Virus record (IMG/VR): IMGVR_UViG_3300051212_000924
Location: 1 to 55,380 of that record
Length of the DNA: 55,380 bases
Direction: 5' to 3' (one strand)
Origin: a virus
Lineage: Duplodnaviria > Caudoviricetes
In this document: piece after piece, positions 29,214 through 39,000 of the stretch
Numbering within the stretch: position 1 is the first letter of the stretch
Layout: the number at the start of each line of letters is the position of its first letter
Made by a program: the position numbers and the translations under genes
The notes under the pieces: generated by a model
Told to the model about the DNA's origin: nothing
The model's input: only the letters and a program-made list of their open reading frames with translations
Databases searched by the model: none

Positions 29214-30326
29214 ATGTCCGCATCAGTAACTAAAGCAGGTCCTTATTACTCTTCTGGAGAAATTAAATTTAGTTCTTTAAGGACTAATTTTAAAGAAGCG
29301 TCTTCTGGATCAATTAAAGCATCTGAGTTAAGAAGGAATACAACCACAACTGACACTAACCCTATCGTACCAGATTGTACAGAGAATAGAACTTCTGGAC
29401 CTCTAACGAATGGAATTGCTACTGGAACTGATTTAAAATTATCTCAGTTTAGAAATTCAATTAAGTATTATTATATCACACAAACTGGAACTGATACTAA
29501 TTTTGATATTGATGCTCAAACTTGGAATAGCAATCTAGGTAGAAATATTCGTAAATGGATGTATTTGAACGGAACTTGTGGTACTAATTCTATTTCATCA
29601 GCAGCAGCAGACTTTAACGCCACAACATATAATTTAACGATTGATGTTTCTGGTGGAATTTACGGATGTGGTGGTAGAGGTGGTGGAACTGGTGGTCCAG
29701 ATCCCTCTGGGGAAAGTGGTGGACCAGCTTTAAGTGTTGCTTCTTCTGGTGGAAATAATATTGTTGTATTTGTAAGGTCTGGCGCTAATATTTACGGTGG
29801 AGGTGGAGGTGGAGAAAGAGGTGCTCAAGGTGCAACAGGTTCATCGGGAACTTGTGTAAACACAACTGAAACTGCAGGTTGTGGTGGCGCTCCAGGATGC
29901 CCTTCTGGATATTATCAAACTGGATATAATGGCAACTGTGGTGGATGTTGCCAAACGTATTCTTGTGGATGGGGTGGTACTTGCTGCTCTCAGAACAGAC
30001 AATGTAGATATTGTCGTCAAGAATATACTGTTTCAGGAGGAACTGGAGGCACTGGTGGTACAGGTGGACCTGGAAGAGGATATAACAATCTTTCTGGTTC
30101 TTTAGATGGTTCTGCTGGGTCTGCAGGTGGTGCTGGAAACGGTTGTGGATCCACAGCAGGTGCAACTGGTGGAACTGGTGGTTCTGGTGGAGAATGGGCA
30201 TCTAGTGGAAATGATACATCAAATAGTGGGTCTGGTGGTGCTCCCGGTAGAGCAATTGCTGGATCAAATTATTCTGTAAGTGGAACAATTAATTCAAGCA
30301 CAGTAAAGGGTGCATATAACCCATAA
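29214..30326 (+). CDS. gp38-adhesin-like glycine-rich protein with Cys-rich insert
   Basis: IYGCGGRGG, GGPAL, IYGGGGGG, GGAPGRAI motifs as in T-even gp38; TAAATA at 29191. Confidence 0.65.
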   Translation: MSASVTKAGPYYSSGEIKFSSLRTNFKEASSGSIKASELRRNTTTTDTNPIVPDCTENRTSGPLTNGIATGTDLKLSQFRNSIKYYYITQTGTDTNFDIDAQTWNSNLGRNIRKWMYLNGTCGTNSISSAAADFNATTYNLTIDVSGGIYGCGGRGGGTGGPDPSGESGGPALSVASSGGNNIVVFVRSGANIYGGGGGGERGAQGATGSSGTCVNTTETAGCGGAPGCPSGYYQTGYNGNCGGCCQTYSCGWGGTCCSQNRQCRYCRQEYTVSGGTGGTGGTGGPGRGYNNLSGSLDGSAGSAGGAGNGCGSTAGATGGTGGSGGEWASSGNDTSNSGSGGAPGRAIAGSNYSVSGTINSSTVKGAYNP

Positions 30327-30354
30327 TAAATAATTTTAACTGAAGAATATCAAA

Positions 30355-30690
30355 ATGTCTGAAGAAAAACAGTATCCTTCTCTTGGAGAACAAGCAAAAA
30401 ATCTTGCTAATTTTTCCTGGGATCTTATTAAATATATTCACGAAAATCACAGTGCTGTGTTATTCACATCTGATGATGTTTATAAGCAGAGAACACAAAT
30501 CTGTAAGTCTTGTGACAGATTTGATGATATGGAAAACAAGTGTATGGAGTGTGGTTGTTACATTCCTGGAAAAGCAAGGATTATATTGGATTCTTGCCCA
30601 CTAAACAAATGGACTGCTGATGAAAATTCTTGGCAAGAAAAGTTCGAACAGATAACCGAAAAACTTGACAAGAAAGAAGAAGACCTGTAG
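30355..30690 (+). CDS. Small Cys-rich protein (DUF6171-like)
   Basis: R.QICKSC...CMECGC...CPLNKW; TAAATA at 30327. Confidence 0.65.
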   Translation: MSEEKQYPSLGEQAKNLANFSWDLIKYIHENHSAVLFTSDDVYKQRTQICKSCDRFDDMENKCMECGCYIPGKARIILDSCPLNKWTADENSWQEKFEQITEKLDKKEEDL

Positions 30691-30693
30691 ACT
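30665..30693 (+). promoter_or_regulatory. Sigma70-type promoter
   Basis: TTGACA-N17-TAGACT. Confidence 0.55.
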
Positions 30694-30822
30694 ACCTTTG
30701 TCCCGGTTGGAGATGGGACACTAGGACACTTTAAGAACCGTCCACTGGGTCGCACCAGGGGCGGTTTTCTGCTATAATAAAAGGGCAGATTATCATAAAT
30801 AATAATAGTAATTGCCCCTATT

Positions 30823-31278
30823 ATGCCATATAAAGATTACGAAATTAAAAAACAAAAAGAAAAAGAAAGGTATTGGAATAACAAAGAAGAACATAATGCT
30901 TATCATAGAGAGTATGCTAAAAATAATAGAGAAAAAATTAATCAGTCTGTAAGGTTATTAAAAGAAAAAAAGAAAGAAACTCTTATAAAACATCTTGGTG
31001 GTAAGTGTGTTGGATGTGGAGTAGTTGAAAATTTACAATTTGATCATATTGATAGAAAACAAAAAAGTTTTACAATAGGAAAATGTTGGGGATATACTCT
31101 TGAAAAGTTAATCGAAGAAGCAGAGAAGTGCCAATTATTATGTAAAGAATGTCATCAATATAAAACTACAATAAATCACGATACAAATATGATTGCTGAT
31201 GGATATAAAATAAAAGAAGTAAAAAAAGTTGGTGAAGAGATAGTTGTGACACTTCATAAGGTGGCACAGTCCTTTTGA
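30823..31278 (+). CDS. HNH homing endonuclease
   Basis: LGGKCVGCG...LQFDHID...KCQLLCKECH; AT-rich; late promoter at 30796-30801. Confidence 0.88.
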   Translation: MPYKDYEIKKQKEKERYWNNKEEHNAYHREYAKNNREKINQSVRLLKEKKKETLIKHLGGKCVGCGVVENLQFDHIDRKQKSFTIGKCWGYTLEKLIEEAEKCQLLCKECHQYKTTINHDTNMIADGYKIKEVKKVGEEIVVTLHKVAQSF

Positions 31279-31322
31279 TTTTGCTCCGTTTTTGCCTTAT
31301 AATATGTTTATTGAATTGATTG

Positions 31323-32537
31323 ATGATGATTCAACTTCGCCCCCATCAGCAGCGTGGTCTTGATGCTATGAAAAAGCATCTGCGTGGTCAACTGATTATG
31401 CCGACTGGTGCTGGCAAGACCAACGTTGCTATCTTTGATGCTCTGCGTGAGTTTCAATCTGATGCTCCTAAGACTATTGTCGTGACGGCACCTAGAATCC
31501 TCCTGGCAGAGCAGTTGTCCAGTGAGTTCTTGGAGTTTATCACCAATGCTTCTGTACTGCACGTGCATTCGGGTGAGACGCATCATCAAAGCACAACTCG
31601 TCCTAATGAGATTCGTAACTGGGTGGAGCAAACTGCTGGTCATAAACTGATCTTCACGACCTACAACTCTCTGCAACGTCTTCAGCAAGCAGATATTCAC
31701 GTTGATACCATTTACTTTGATGAGGCACATAACAGTGTTCAGCGTCACTTTTTCCCTGCTACGGAGCACTTTGCTGCTAATGCTGACCGCTGCTATTTCT
31801 TTACTGCTACTCCTAAGCATTCTGCTACTGTTTCCAAACCTGGGATGAATGACGCTGCCGTTTATGGTAACGTAATTTGCACTGTTCCTGCACCTGAACT
31901 GGTGGATCAAGGTTATATCTTGCCCCCTAAAGTTGTTGTGAAGCAACTTGGAATGGTCCAAGACAAGCAGATGATTGCACAACGTGATGCTGGATTCCTG
32001 TTGGAAACTATTGACAATCCTAAGGTTGTTACGGTTACTGATGGTATTGTTGGTAGTGATACTCCCAGCAAAATTTTGATTTGTGCTCGTTCTACCAGGC
32101 AGATTGTCAATTTGATTGGTGAGTCTGATTTCTGTCAGCAATTGGAGGATCGTGGTTTCTCTTGGATGTATATCACGTCCAAGACTGGTGCCGTGATTGA
32201 TGGTCAGAAGGTCAACCGTGAGGTGTTCTTTGACACTCTAAATGCTTGGGGTAAGGATGACAGCAAGAAGTTCGTGGTTCTGCATCACAGCATTCTGTCT
32301 GAAGGCATCAATGTGTCTGGTCTGGAAGCGGTTCTGTTTATGCGGTCTATGGATTACATCGGTATCAGTCAGTCAATTGGGCGTGTAATCCGTCTAGGAA
32401 GCGCCCAGAAGACCTTTGGACTGGTCTGTGTGCCCGTCTATGACAAAGTGGGCATCAGCACTGCTAAAAGCGTTCAAGCGGTGGTAGACACCGTTTTCAA
32501 TCAGGGTCAACCCGCTATCAGCGTTGTAAAGAGGTAA
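31323..32537 (+). CDS. SF2 (DEAH, ResIII-like) helicase
   Basis: LRPHQ, PTGAGKT, FDEAH, FTAT, SEGINV, QSIGRVIR. Confidence 0.9.
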   Translation: MMIQLRPHQQRGLDAMKKHLRGQLIMPTGAGKTNVAIFDALREFQSDAPKTIVVTAPRILLAEQLSSEFLEFITNASVLHVHSGETHHQSTTRPNEIRNWVEQTAGHKLIFTTYNSLQRLQQADIHVDTIYFDEAHNSVQRHFFPATEHFAANADRCYFFTATPKHSATVSKPGMNDAAVYGNVICTVPAPELVDQGYILPPKVVVKQLGMVQDKQMIAQRDAGFLLETIDNPKVVTVTDGIVGSDTPSKILICARSTRQIVNLIGESDFCQQLEDRGFSWMYITSKTGAVIDGQKVNREVFFDTLNAWGKDDSKKFVVLHHSILSEGINVSGLEAVLFMRSMDYIGISQSIGRVIRLGSAQKTFGLVCVPVYDKVGISTAKSVQAVVDTVFNQGQPAISVVKR

Positions 32538-32539
32538 TT

Positions 32540-33124
32540 ATGAGTAATAAACAAAATCCAGACTTTATTGGGTCTTATAAAAATGCTCTGTCGGAAGATG
32601 AGTGTAAAACAATTATTCAATATTTTGAGGACTCTAAAGAAAAATCTCCTGGAGAAGTATTTGATCTTAAATCTATGAAACCTGCTGTTGATAAGAGCAG
32701 GAAAGATTCTATGGACTTGATTGTACCTTGGTGGAAGGAGGATATTTACTCAACTTACCTACTTGAAAAAGCACTTCTCAAGTATTCTCAGAAATATCGG
32801 GAAGAATATACAGGTTGTGATAAGATATCGCCTTGGGGTCCAGATAATTATTATCACATTCAAAAGTATCTACCAAATCAAGGATATCATGAGGTCCATT
32901 GTGAATCTGGAGAGAAAGGAACTCCTACAGTTCTTGCTTGGATGTTTTATTTGAATACCGTTACTGATGGAGGAGGGACTCGTTTTCCATCCTATGATTT
33001 GGATGTGAATGCAGAAGAAGGTAAACTTCTAATTTGGCCTGCTTATTTTACTCATATTCACCATGGAATTGTGAGTAAGACACAAACAAAATACATTGCC
33101 ACTGGATGGTTTACCTACGCCTGA
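32540..33124 (+). CDS. 2OG-Fe(II) oxygenase, prolyl-4-hydroxylase-like
   Basis: YHEVHCE, YLNTVTDGGGT, WPAYFTHIHHG, KYIATGW. Confidence 0.85.
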   Translation: MSNKQNPDFIGSYKNALSEDECKTIIQYFEDSKEKSPGEVFDLKSMKPAVDKSRKDSMDLIVPWWKEDIYSTYLLEKALLKYSQKYREEYTGCDKISPWGPDNYYHIQKYLPNQGYHEVHCESGEKGTPTVLAWMFYLNTVTDGGGTRFPSYDLDVNAEEGKLLIWPAYFTHIHHGIVSKTQTKYIATGWFTYA

Positions 33125-34263
33125 CGGACAGTTTTAAAACTGTCACACCAGGAACAAAAATTTCAATTCAATCCAGTATAATACATCTGTAATCAGGAGG
33201 AATCCCCCAATGCGCTGCAAAGTTCAACTTTATGTTGCTGGTAAGGTCTTCTATGAAGAAGTCTATGCCCGTGACTACAAAGAAGCAAAAGAAGTTGCAC
33301 TTGCTCGCAATCCTAACGCTAAAGTTATCAGTGTGAATACGGTGTTCGGATGAGCGAAAAGTTTCAGAAACCTTTTATTCCTCGCCCTGGAGTTCTTAGT
33401 CCAACTCCAGGAGACCCTGAAGGATATGTGACTAAGGATGGAATGTGGGCAGCAGTTCCGTTTGGTAAGAAGTTTGTGATTATACATAATGGACAGCAGG
33501 TTCACGTATCTAACAATTACAAAACTGCAAAGTCCTTTATCCTGAAGCAGGTGAAAGCTTCTAAAAAAACAACTTCAACACTGGAGCAGTTTCTATGAAA
33601 CTTCTGCCTATTCTTTTATTAACACTTCTTCCAATACCAGCCCAAGCAATTACTTGGGAGGAATTTTGGTCACCATTTACGTATGATCGTGGATACATTC
33701 GACAATATCCTACATATCGACGTTATGTTCCAATGTGTGATCGACGTGTTTATCATGAAGAATATGTACCAGGAAATCGTTGGAGACCAGGATATGTGAG
33801 AACTTGGTCTGAAATTGTCACAGTCCCCTGTGATTCCTATTAAATAGTATAACTATAAGACACATTATGGAAGAATCTTCTGAAGTCAAATGGAATCGCG
33901 GTCTTGACCTGTTTATTGAGAGTGTTCATAAACCAGACCACGAACTTCGTCAATGTGCTCACAATCAGAAATGTTACAACGAACTCATGTCAGTTCGTGA
34001 GCACGTGTTAGACTATCTAAAAACAATCAGACGATGACTTATTACGCTTGGTTTATCGTATTCGCAGTAGTGGCATACTTCATCGCAACGGATGAAAGTG
34101 TCGCTGCTGCTTTTTATTATGTACTTAGGTTAGCAAAATCTAACTATGAGAAACAAAAGTGGTGGTTATTGAACAATCCACGCAATCCTGTGGTAAAATA
34201 TCTAATGTGGCGTCGTTCTATGAAACTCGCAAAAGAGTTAATGGACGAAATGAAATCTAAAAA

Positions 34264-34839
34264 ATGAATCATACAACTAATCCATATCCAACTATTTTTT
34301 CTATACCGCTATTTTGCCAAAAGTTTTCATTGAATAATGAAAATATGGTAGCATTTTGTCTTTCTAGAAAAAATGGAGATAGTGGAAGAACAATTAGCAA
34401 TGTTGGTGGATGGCAATCAAATAATTTTAATATGAGTAAACCTCCAAAAGAATTGAAGGAGGTTGTTAAGTGTATTTTTGATTTTTCTTTAGAAATTTGT
34501 AATTTTATGAACATTGAACCAACTTCATCTGGAAATGGTTGGATTAATGTTAATCAATATGGTAACTTTAATTGGTGCCATACTCATCCTGAATCCACTT
34601 TAAGTGGAGTTTATTATGTAAAAACTTCAACTAATTGTGGAAATATTGAGTTTGAAAATCCTTCGATGAATTTGATGACCAGCATGAAAGTTAGGAAGTA
34701 TAATGTATTCAACTCTTCCTCTCTTATGGTCCCAAGTGAAGAAGGAACTTTGTACATTTTTCCTAGTTGGTTGCCTCATAAAGTACATCCAAATTTAAGT
34801 AATGAAGAAAGAATTTCTATTTCTTTTAACTTAAAATAA
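34264..34839 (+). CDS. 2OG-Fe(II) oxygenase, TIGR02466-like
   Basis: WININ-like WINVN, HTHP..LSGVYY, FPSWLPHKV.PN, ERISISFN. Confidence 0.85.
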   Translation: MNHTTNPYPTIFSIPLFCQKFSLNNENMVAFCLSRKNGDSGRTISNVGGWQSNNFNMSKPPKELKEVVKCIFDFSLEICNFMNIEPTSSGNGWINVNQYGNFNWCHTHPESTLSGVYYVKTSTNCGNIEFENPSMNLMTSMKVRKYNVFNSSSLMVPSEEGTLYIFPSWLPHKVHPNLSNEERISISFNLK

Positions 34840-35764
34840 ATAACCCTATATCTGGAGAAAGATATGTTGTCTACACAATATCGTCTTCGTCTGGAAGCAA
34901 TCTGTGAAAAGATTGTTCTTCACGAAGAGGTGAGTTTGGAAGATATGATTTGGGCAGAGAAGTTGGCAAAAGCCAATCGTTCTGCTGGAACAATGCTCCG
35001 TCAGGCAAGAAGGAGAGCAGAAAACCCCGATATGGTTGAGGGTGGTTTAGATGATTTTATGAACCAATTAGATATTGGTGGTTTAGGACACGAACGTTTT
35101 GGTCGTCGTGGTTTTGATAATCCTGATGAACTTCTTGACTGGTTTAAGCGTGATGAAGACGAAACCGATTGGAGGACTCGGGATTGACCTACGAAGAGTT
35201 TATTCACAAAGGCACTGAGTTCTACATGGAAATGGTGCGTCTTGTTGATGCTAAACTCAAATATCGTATGGAGTTCACTGAAGAAGAGAAAGAGATAAAA
35301 GACCATATTATGGAGTTTCAACATCAAGTTAAACTCAATGAGTTGAGAGATAAGTTTGAAAAGTGCTTGGAGCAAGAATGAAACACGCTGTCATACTCTC
35401 CCTATGTTTTCTCCCACTGGCAGTTATATATCTTATAATGAAAGTATCCGTCTGGTTGTCCTCTAGCGTATCAGAAGTCAATTATGTCCGAGAAGATTCC
35501 AAACGAGAGCACGGACCCTACGTGGAAAATGCATATGGAGACGTTGATGAAGAGGCAGAGAAGGATTGAGATTGCTGAAGTGATTGACGAAGCAATCTGG
35601 AGATGGTATTTTGAGCACGGAAAAGAAATTCCAAACTGGAAGTATGAGAAAGACCCCCAGTGGTGGACAGATTACCTAGCAGAACTTGAAGAAGAATAGG
35701 TATAAACTCGTAGGCATAAATTATTGTTAAGATATCCTGACAAAACATATAGATAATAGTATAC

Positions 35765-35807
35765 TGTATGGGGTGATACAAATGAGCGAAAACTCCTTTA
35801 TTATGAT
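35765..35807 (+). promoter_or_regulatory. NtcA-activated class II promoter
   Basis: tGTA-TGGGGTGA-TACa (35765-35780), then 22 nt after TAC, then TATGAT (35802-35807). Confidence 0.75.
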
Positions 35808-35830
35808 GTTCTTTGTGCATGGAGGTTATT

Positions 35831-36007
35831 ATGCACAACTTAATTTCTTACAATCAGCTGGCTGCTTGGAATAGTTTAGAAAAGACCATAGATGAGTTCA
35901 TTGACGAACATGAATTGATGAACGCATACTTTGAATGTTTGACCGAATGTGATGAGAACACCCAATCTTGTAAGCGACTATGTAGATCAATGTTGTCCAA
36001 CTATTAA
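35831..36007 (+). CDS. Small four-Cys protein (58 aa)
   Basis: GGAGG RBS at 35821; MHNLISYNQLAAW...YFECLTECDENTQSCKRLC. Confidence 0.75.
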   Translation: MHNLISYNQLAAWNSLEKTIDEFIDEHELMNAYFECLTECDENTQSCKRLCRSMLSNY

Positions 36008-36019
36008 ATAAACCTTATG

Positions 36020-36038
36020 CCCCCGCAAGGGGGTTTTT
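36020..36038 (+). terminator. Rho-independent terminator
   Basis: CCCCC-GCAA-GGGGG-TTTTT. Confidence 0.8.
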
Positions 36039-36043
36039 AATAC

Positions 36044-36072
36044 TTGACAAGACTCAAAAAACCCTTTATAAT
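36044..36072 (+). promoter_or_regulatory. Sigma70-type promoter
   Basis: TTGACA-N17-TATAAT, perfect consensus. Confidence 0.85.
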
Positions 36073-39000
36073 ACCCGCATATACACTCTGATTATGGACT
36101 ACAAACCCTATAGTATGGAATGGAGTCGGCGGCGGTATCTTGCCGAAGCAATCCAACAATACTTTGATACTGATGCGTCTTTGGATGTTGTCCTGGATGA
36201 TATTGTGAGTGTTCTTGAGGAGAATGTAGAACACCACAAGAGTCGTGCTGAACGCTTTCAAGAAGTTCTGACTGGTCTGAAATCTCTTCCTTATTGATAT
36301 GAAACCCAACTTTCGTAAGGTATTAGAAATGGCACTGGAAGAAGGTGTCCGTTATGGTTATTCCCGTGCCCATAAACACGTAGAGAATCCACACCAAGAT
36401 GCTGTGGTTGATTGTGTTGTTGATGCTGCGATGAACTCTCTGTATGAATGGTTTGATTTTGAGGAAAACAATGAATCTAATTAAATTTAAGCATCGCTAT
36501 GACTTTGGGCACGAATACTATGTCCAAATTTTAAACATCAAGCGTAGAAGTTTACTTCAAGTTTCTGTAAGTTGGAATGACTACCCATCTTCGCCTTATA
36601 TTCAGATTACAATGGGAAGTAATGGTCTTTTAGGTATTCTGTTCTGGGCATATAAGTTTGGATTTGATGTTGATTTTATTTCCCGCACTTGGAGATGGGA
36701 TTATATGGAGGAAGAAGATGTTCAGCAAAGCACTGAAAGGAACTGATAAAAAGAAAACCACCCTGAACTGGTGGGAGTATTGGATTGGTCATTGTTGGAT
36801 GACAGGATGGCAGAGTATTGCTATGACTTTCCGCATCTGGTCAGACTTGATGACATCTAACTATGATAACTATGCCCTGATGAAAGAAGATGACCCCGAA
36901 ACAGAATGTGTAGAATGGTTCTGGGCATCATTGACGGAAGATGATGTATACCCGAAAGAGTTTCTTGAGCACCTGATGCAGATGGTAGAAGATATTGAGC
37001 TTGGTAAAGTAGAAACATATTCTATGGATGAAGTGATATCTAACTTAAAAGACACTTTAGAAACTGGCACACCAGAAGACACCGAAGAGTCTTGAGGACC
37101 TATAATACTCTTATACGAAACAGACCTATGACTCTCAAAGAGAAGAAAGCACTTCTGAAAAAACTTGAGCAGGCAGGCACCAGTTGTAAGGACTGCGGCA
37201 GCACTTATGGCGTCTATTCAGTCGGTTGTTCGTCCAGTTGGATGGGCAAGTGTGGTGTGTGTGGCGAAGAAAAGATCGTGACAGAAAGCCGCGATTATGC
37301 TTACTTTATTACTGGTATTCGCAAACTGAAACTGGAGATCCAAAATGAGAAGAGTAACCGTAAAACCCAAAAGCAGCAAAGCCAAGAACCGTCTGTGTAA
37401 TACGATGGGCAACAATCCTATCTGTATTGTGGAACAGGACAAGGGTGATGGTATGCTGTTTCTCGCATCAGAGAACCAGAAATACTTCTTCTGGGTGAAT
37501 GTAAGCAACGATTGTCATTGGGAATGTGATTGGGAGGTGCTCTAATGAACTACCTATGCCTTGTTGATGGTGTCGTAGAATACGGCAGCACTTCTGAAAG
37601 TGATTTTGCCCACTATCAGTTGGTGTATGCCGAAGAACACCAAGATGCTGATGTCCAGTATCTCACTCTAACTGATGAAGAGTATGCTACAATGTTCCCT
37701 GTGGAGGAAGAAGAATGAGATTTCGTAACATAGAGTTTCGTTGGTGCGAACTCAACAACAAATATGAACTCGTCAGGTGGCATCGTGATAATGGTTCTCA
37801 AAAAGAATATTGTTATGTGATTGCCTTCTTTGATAAAGACAAAGAGGGTTATGATATGAGAACTATATCTTCAAGATTTTTTGAAGATAAAGATGCCTGG
37901 GTCGTGGGTAAGTATGCTCTGGAATTTCTAAATGCTATCTTTCAGATTGAACAACAAGAAGAGGAACTGAAATAGGACACTTGAAGAACTGGCACAGGGC
38001 ATCTTCACAGGTGCTCTTTTTCGTTGTATAATGACTTCATACACAACAAACCGATGAACTACCAAGACCAGTTGCTTCTTGAAATCAATCAAATCTGGCA
38101 GCAACTTACTGATGCTGGATGGAAAAATGCTGCTGATAGTGTAGATGCTTCTGCGTCTTCTGCTGGTAATGATGTAACTAAACTTATGGCAGCACACGAT
38201 TATGCTTGCTGGCATCTTCAAGAACTGGAAAAAGAAGAGGAACTGAAATGACTGAATTCTATGTGATTATGTTGAAGAGGCAGGATGGTAAGGTCTATGC
38301 TGATTTACACAAGACCAATCAAGTCATTTACCTTACAATAGAAGATGCCTATGAGGAATTGAATAACACAGAGCATTTCAAAGAAAACTATCACATCGTA
38401 AAACTTATTGCTTGTTTGGATGACTTAAAAAAATGAGATACAATAGAACCTATGAACACCAGTGCGACTTTGATGAAAAAAACCGAGCACAAAAGTATCT
38501 CACAGAATACCGAGACAAGTATCTTCATCTTCGTAAAGAAGTTCGTAATCTTGTAAAAGAACAAAACCTTACTATCACTCCTGATTTTGCTAAACTGATT
38601 GGAATGAAATGACTTACGATAAACGTTTTGATTGGGATCGTTTAAGTGAAATGAACATTCAACCAATCGTAAAATACATTTGTACCTGTGATTTCTTTGG
38701 TGGAGGACAATTTTGTATTCACTTTACAGAGAAAAATATAATTCCTAATCGTTGGATTCGATTTTGGACACGAGTATTCTTCAATAGTAAATGGGAGTTT
38801 CTAAATGACTGACGAACAAATTGACCAACTTCGGGCACTCATTCAGTGTGAGATTGATTATGCCCTACAAGAAGAAAATGGGTATAGGTTCTCATATGAA
38901 ACCAAAGCATTCAACAATGGTGCTTGGGAAACTTTCAAGGAGACATTCAAAAAATGACTGAACGAGTAAAATTCACACAAGTATCCAGAGTTATCTGCCC

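Noticed and set aside
11424-30326. Diversity-generating retroelement or invertible fibre cassette
   Set aside because: No reverse transcriptase or invertase, and no adenine-variant template repeat was noticed.
31308-32141. 277-aa antisense ORF
   Set aside because: Shadow of the helicase; no motifs and no - strand expression signals.
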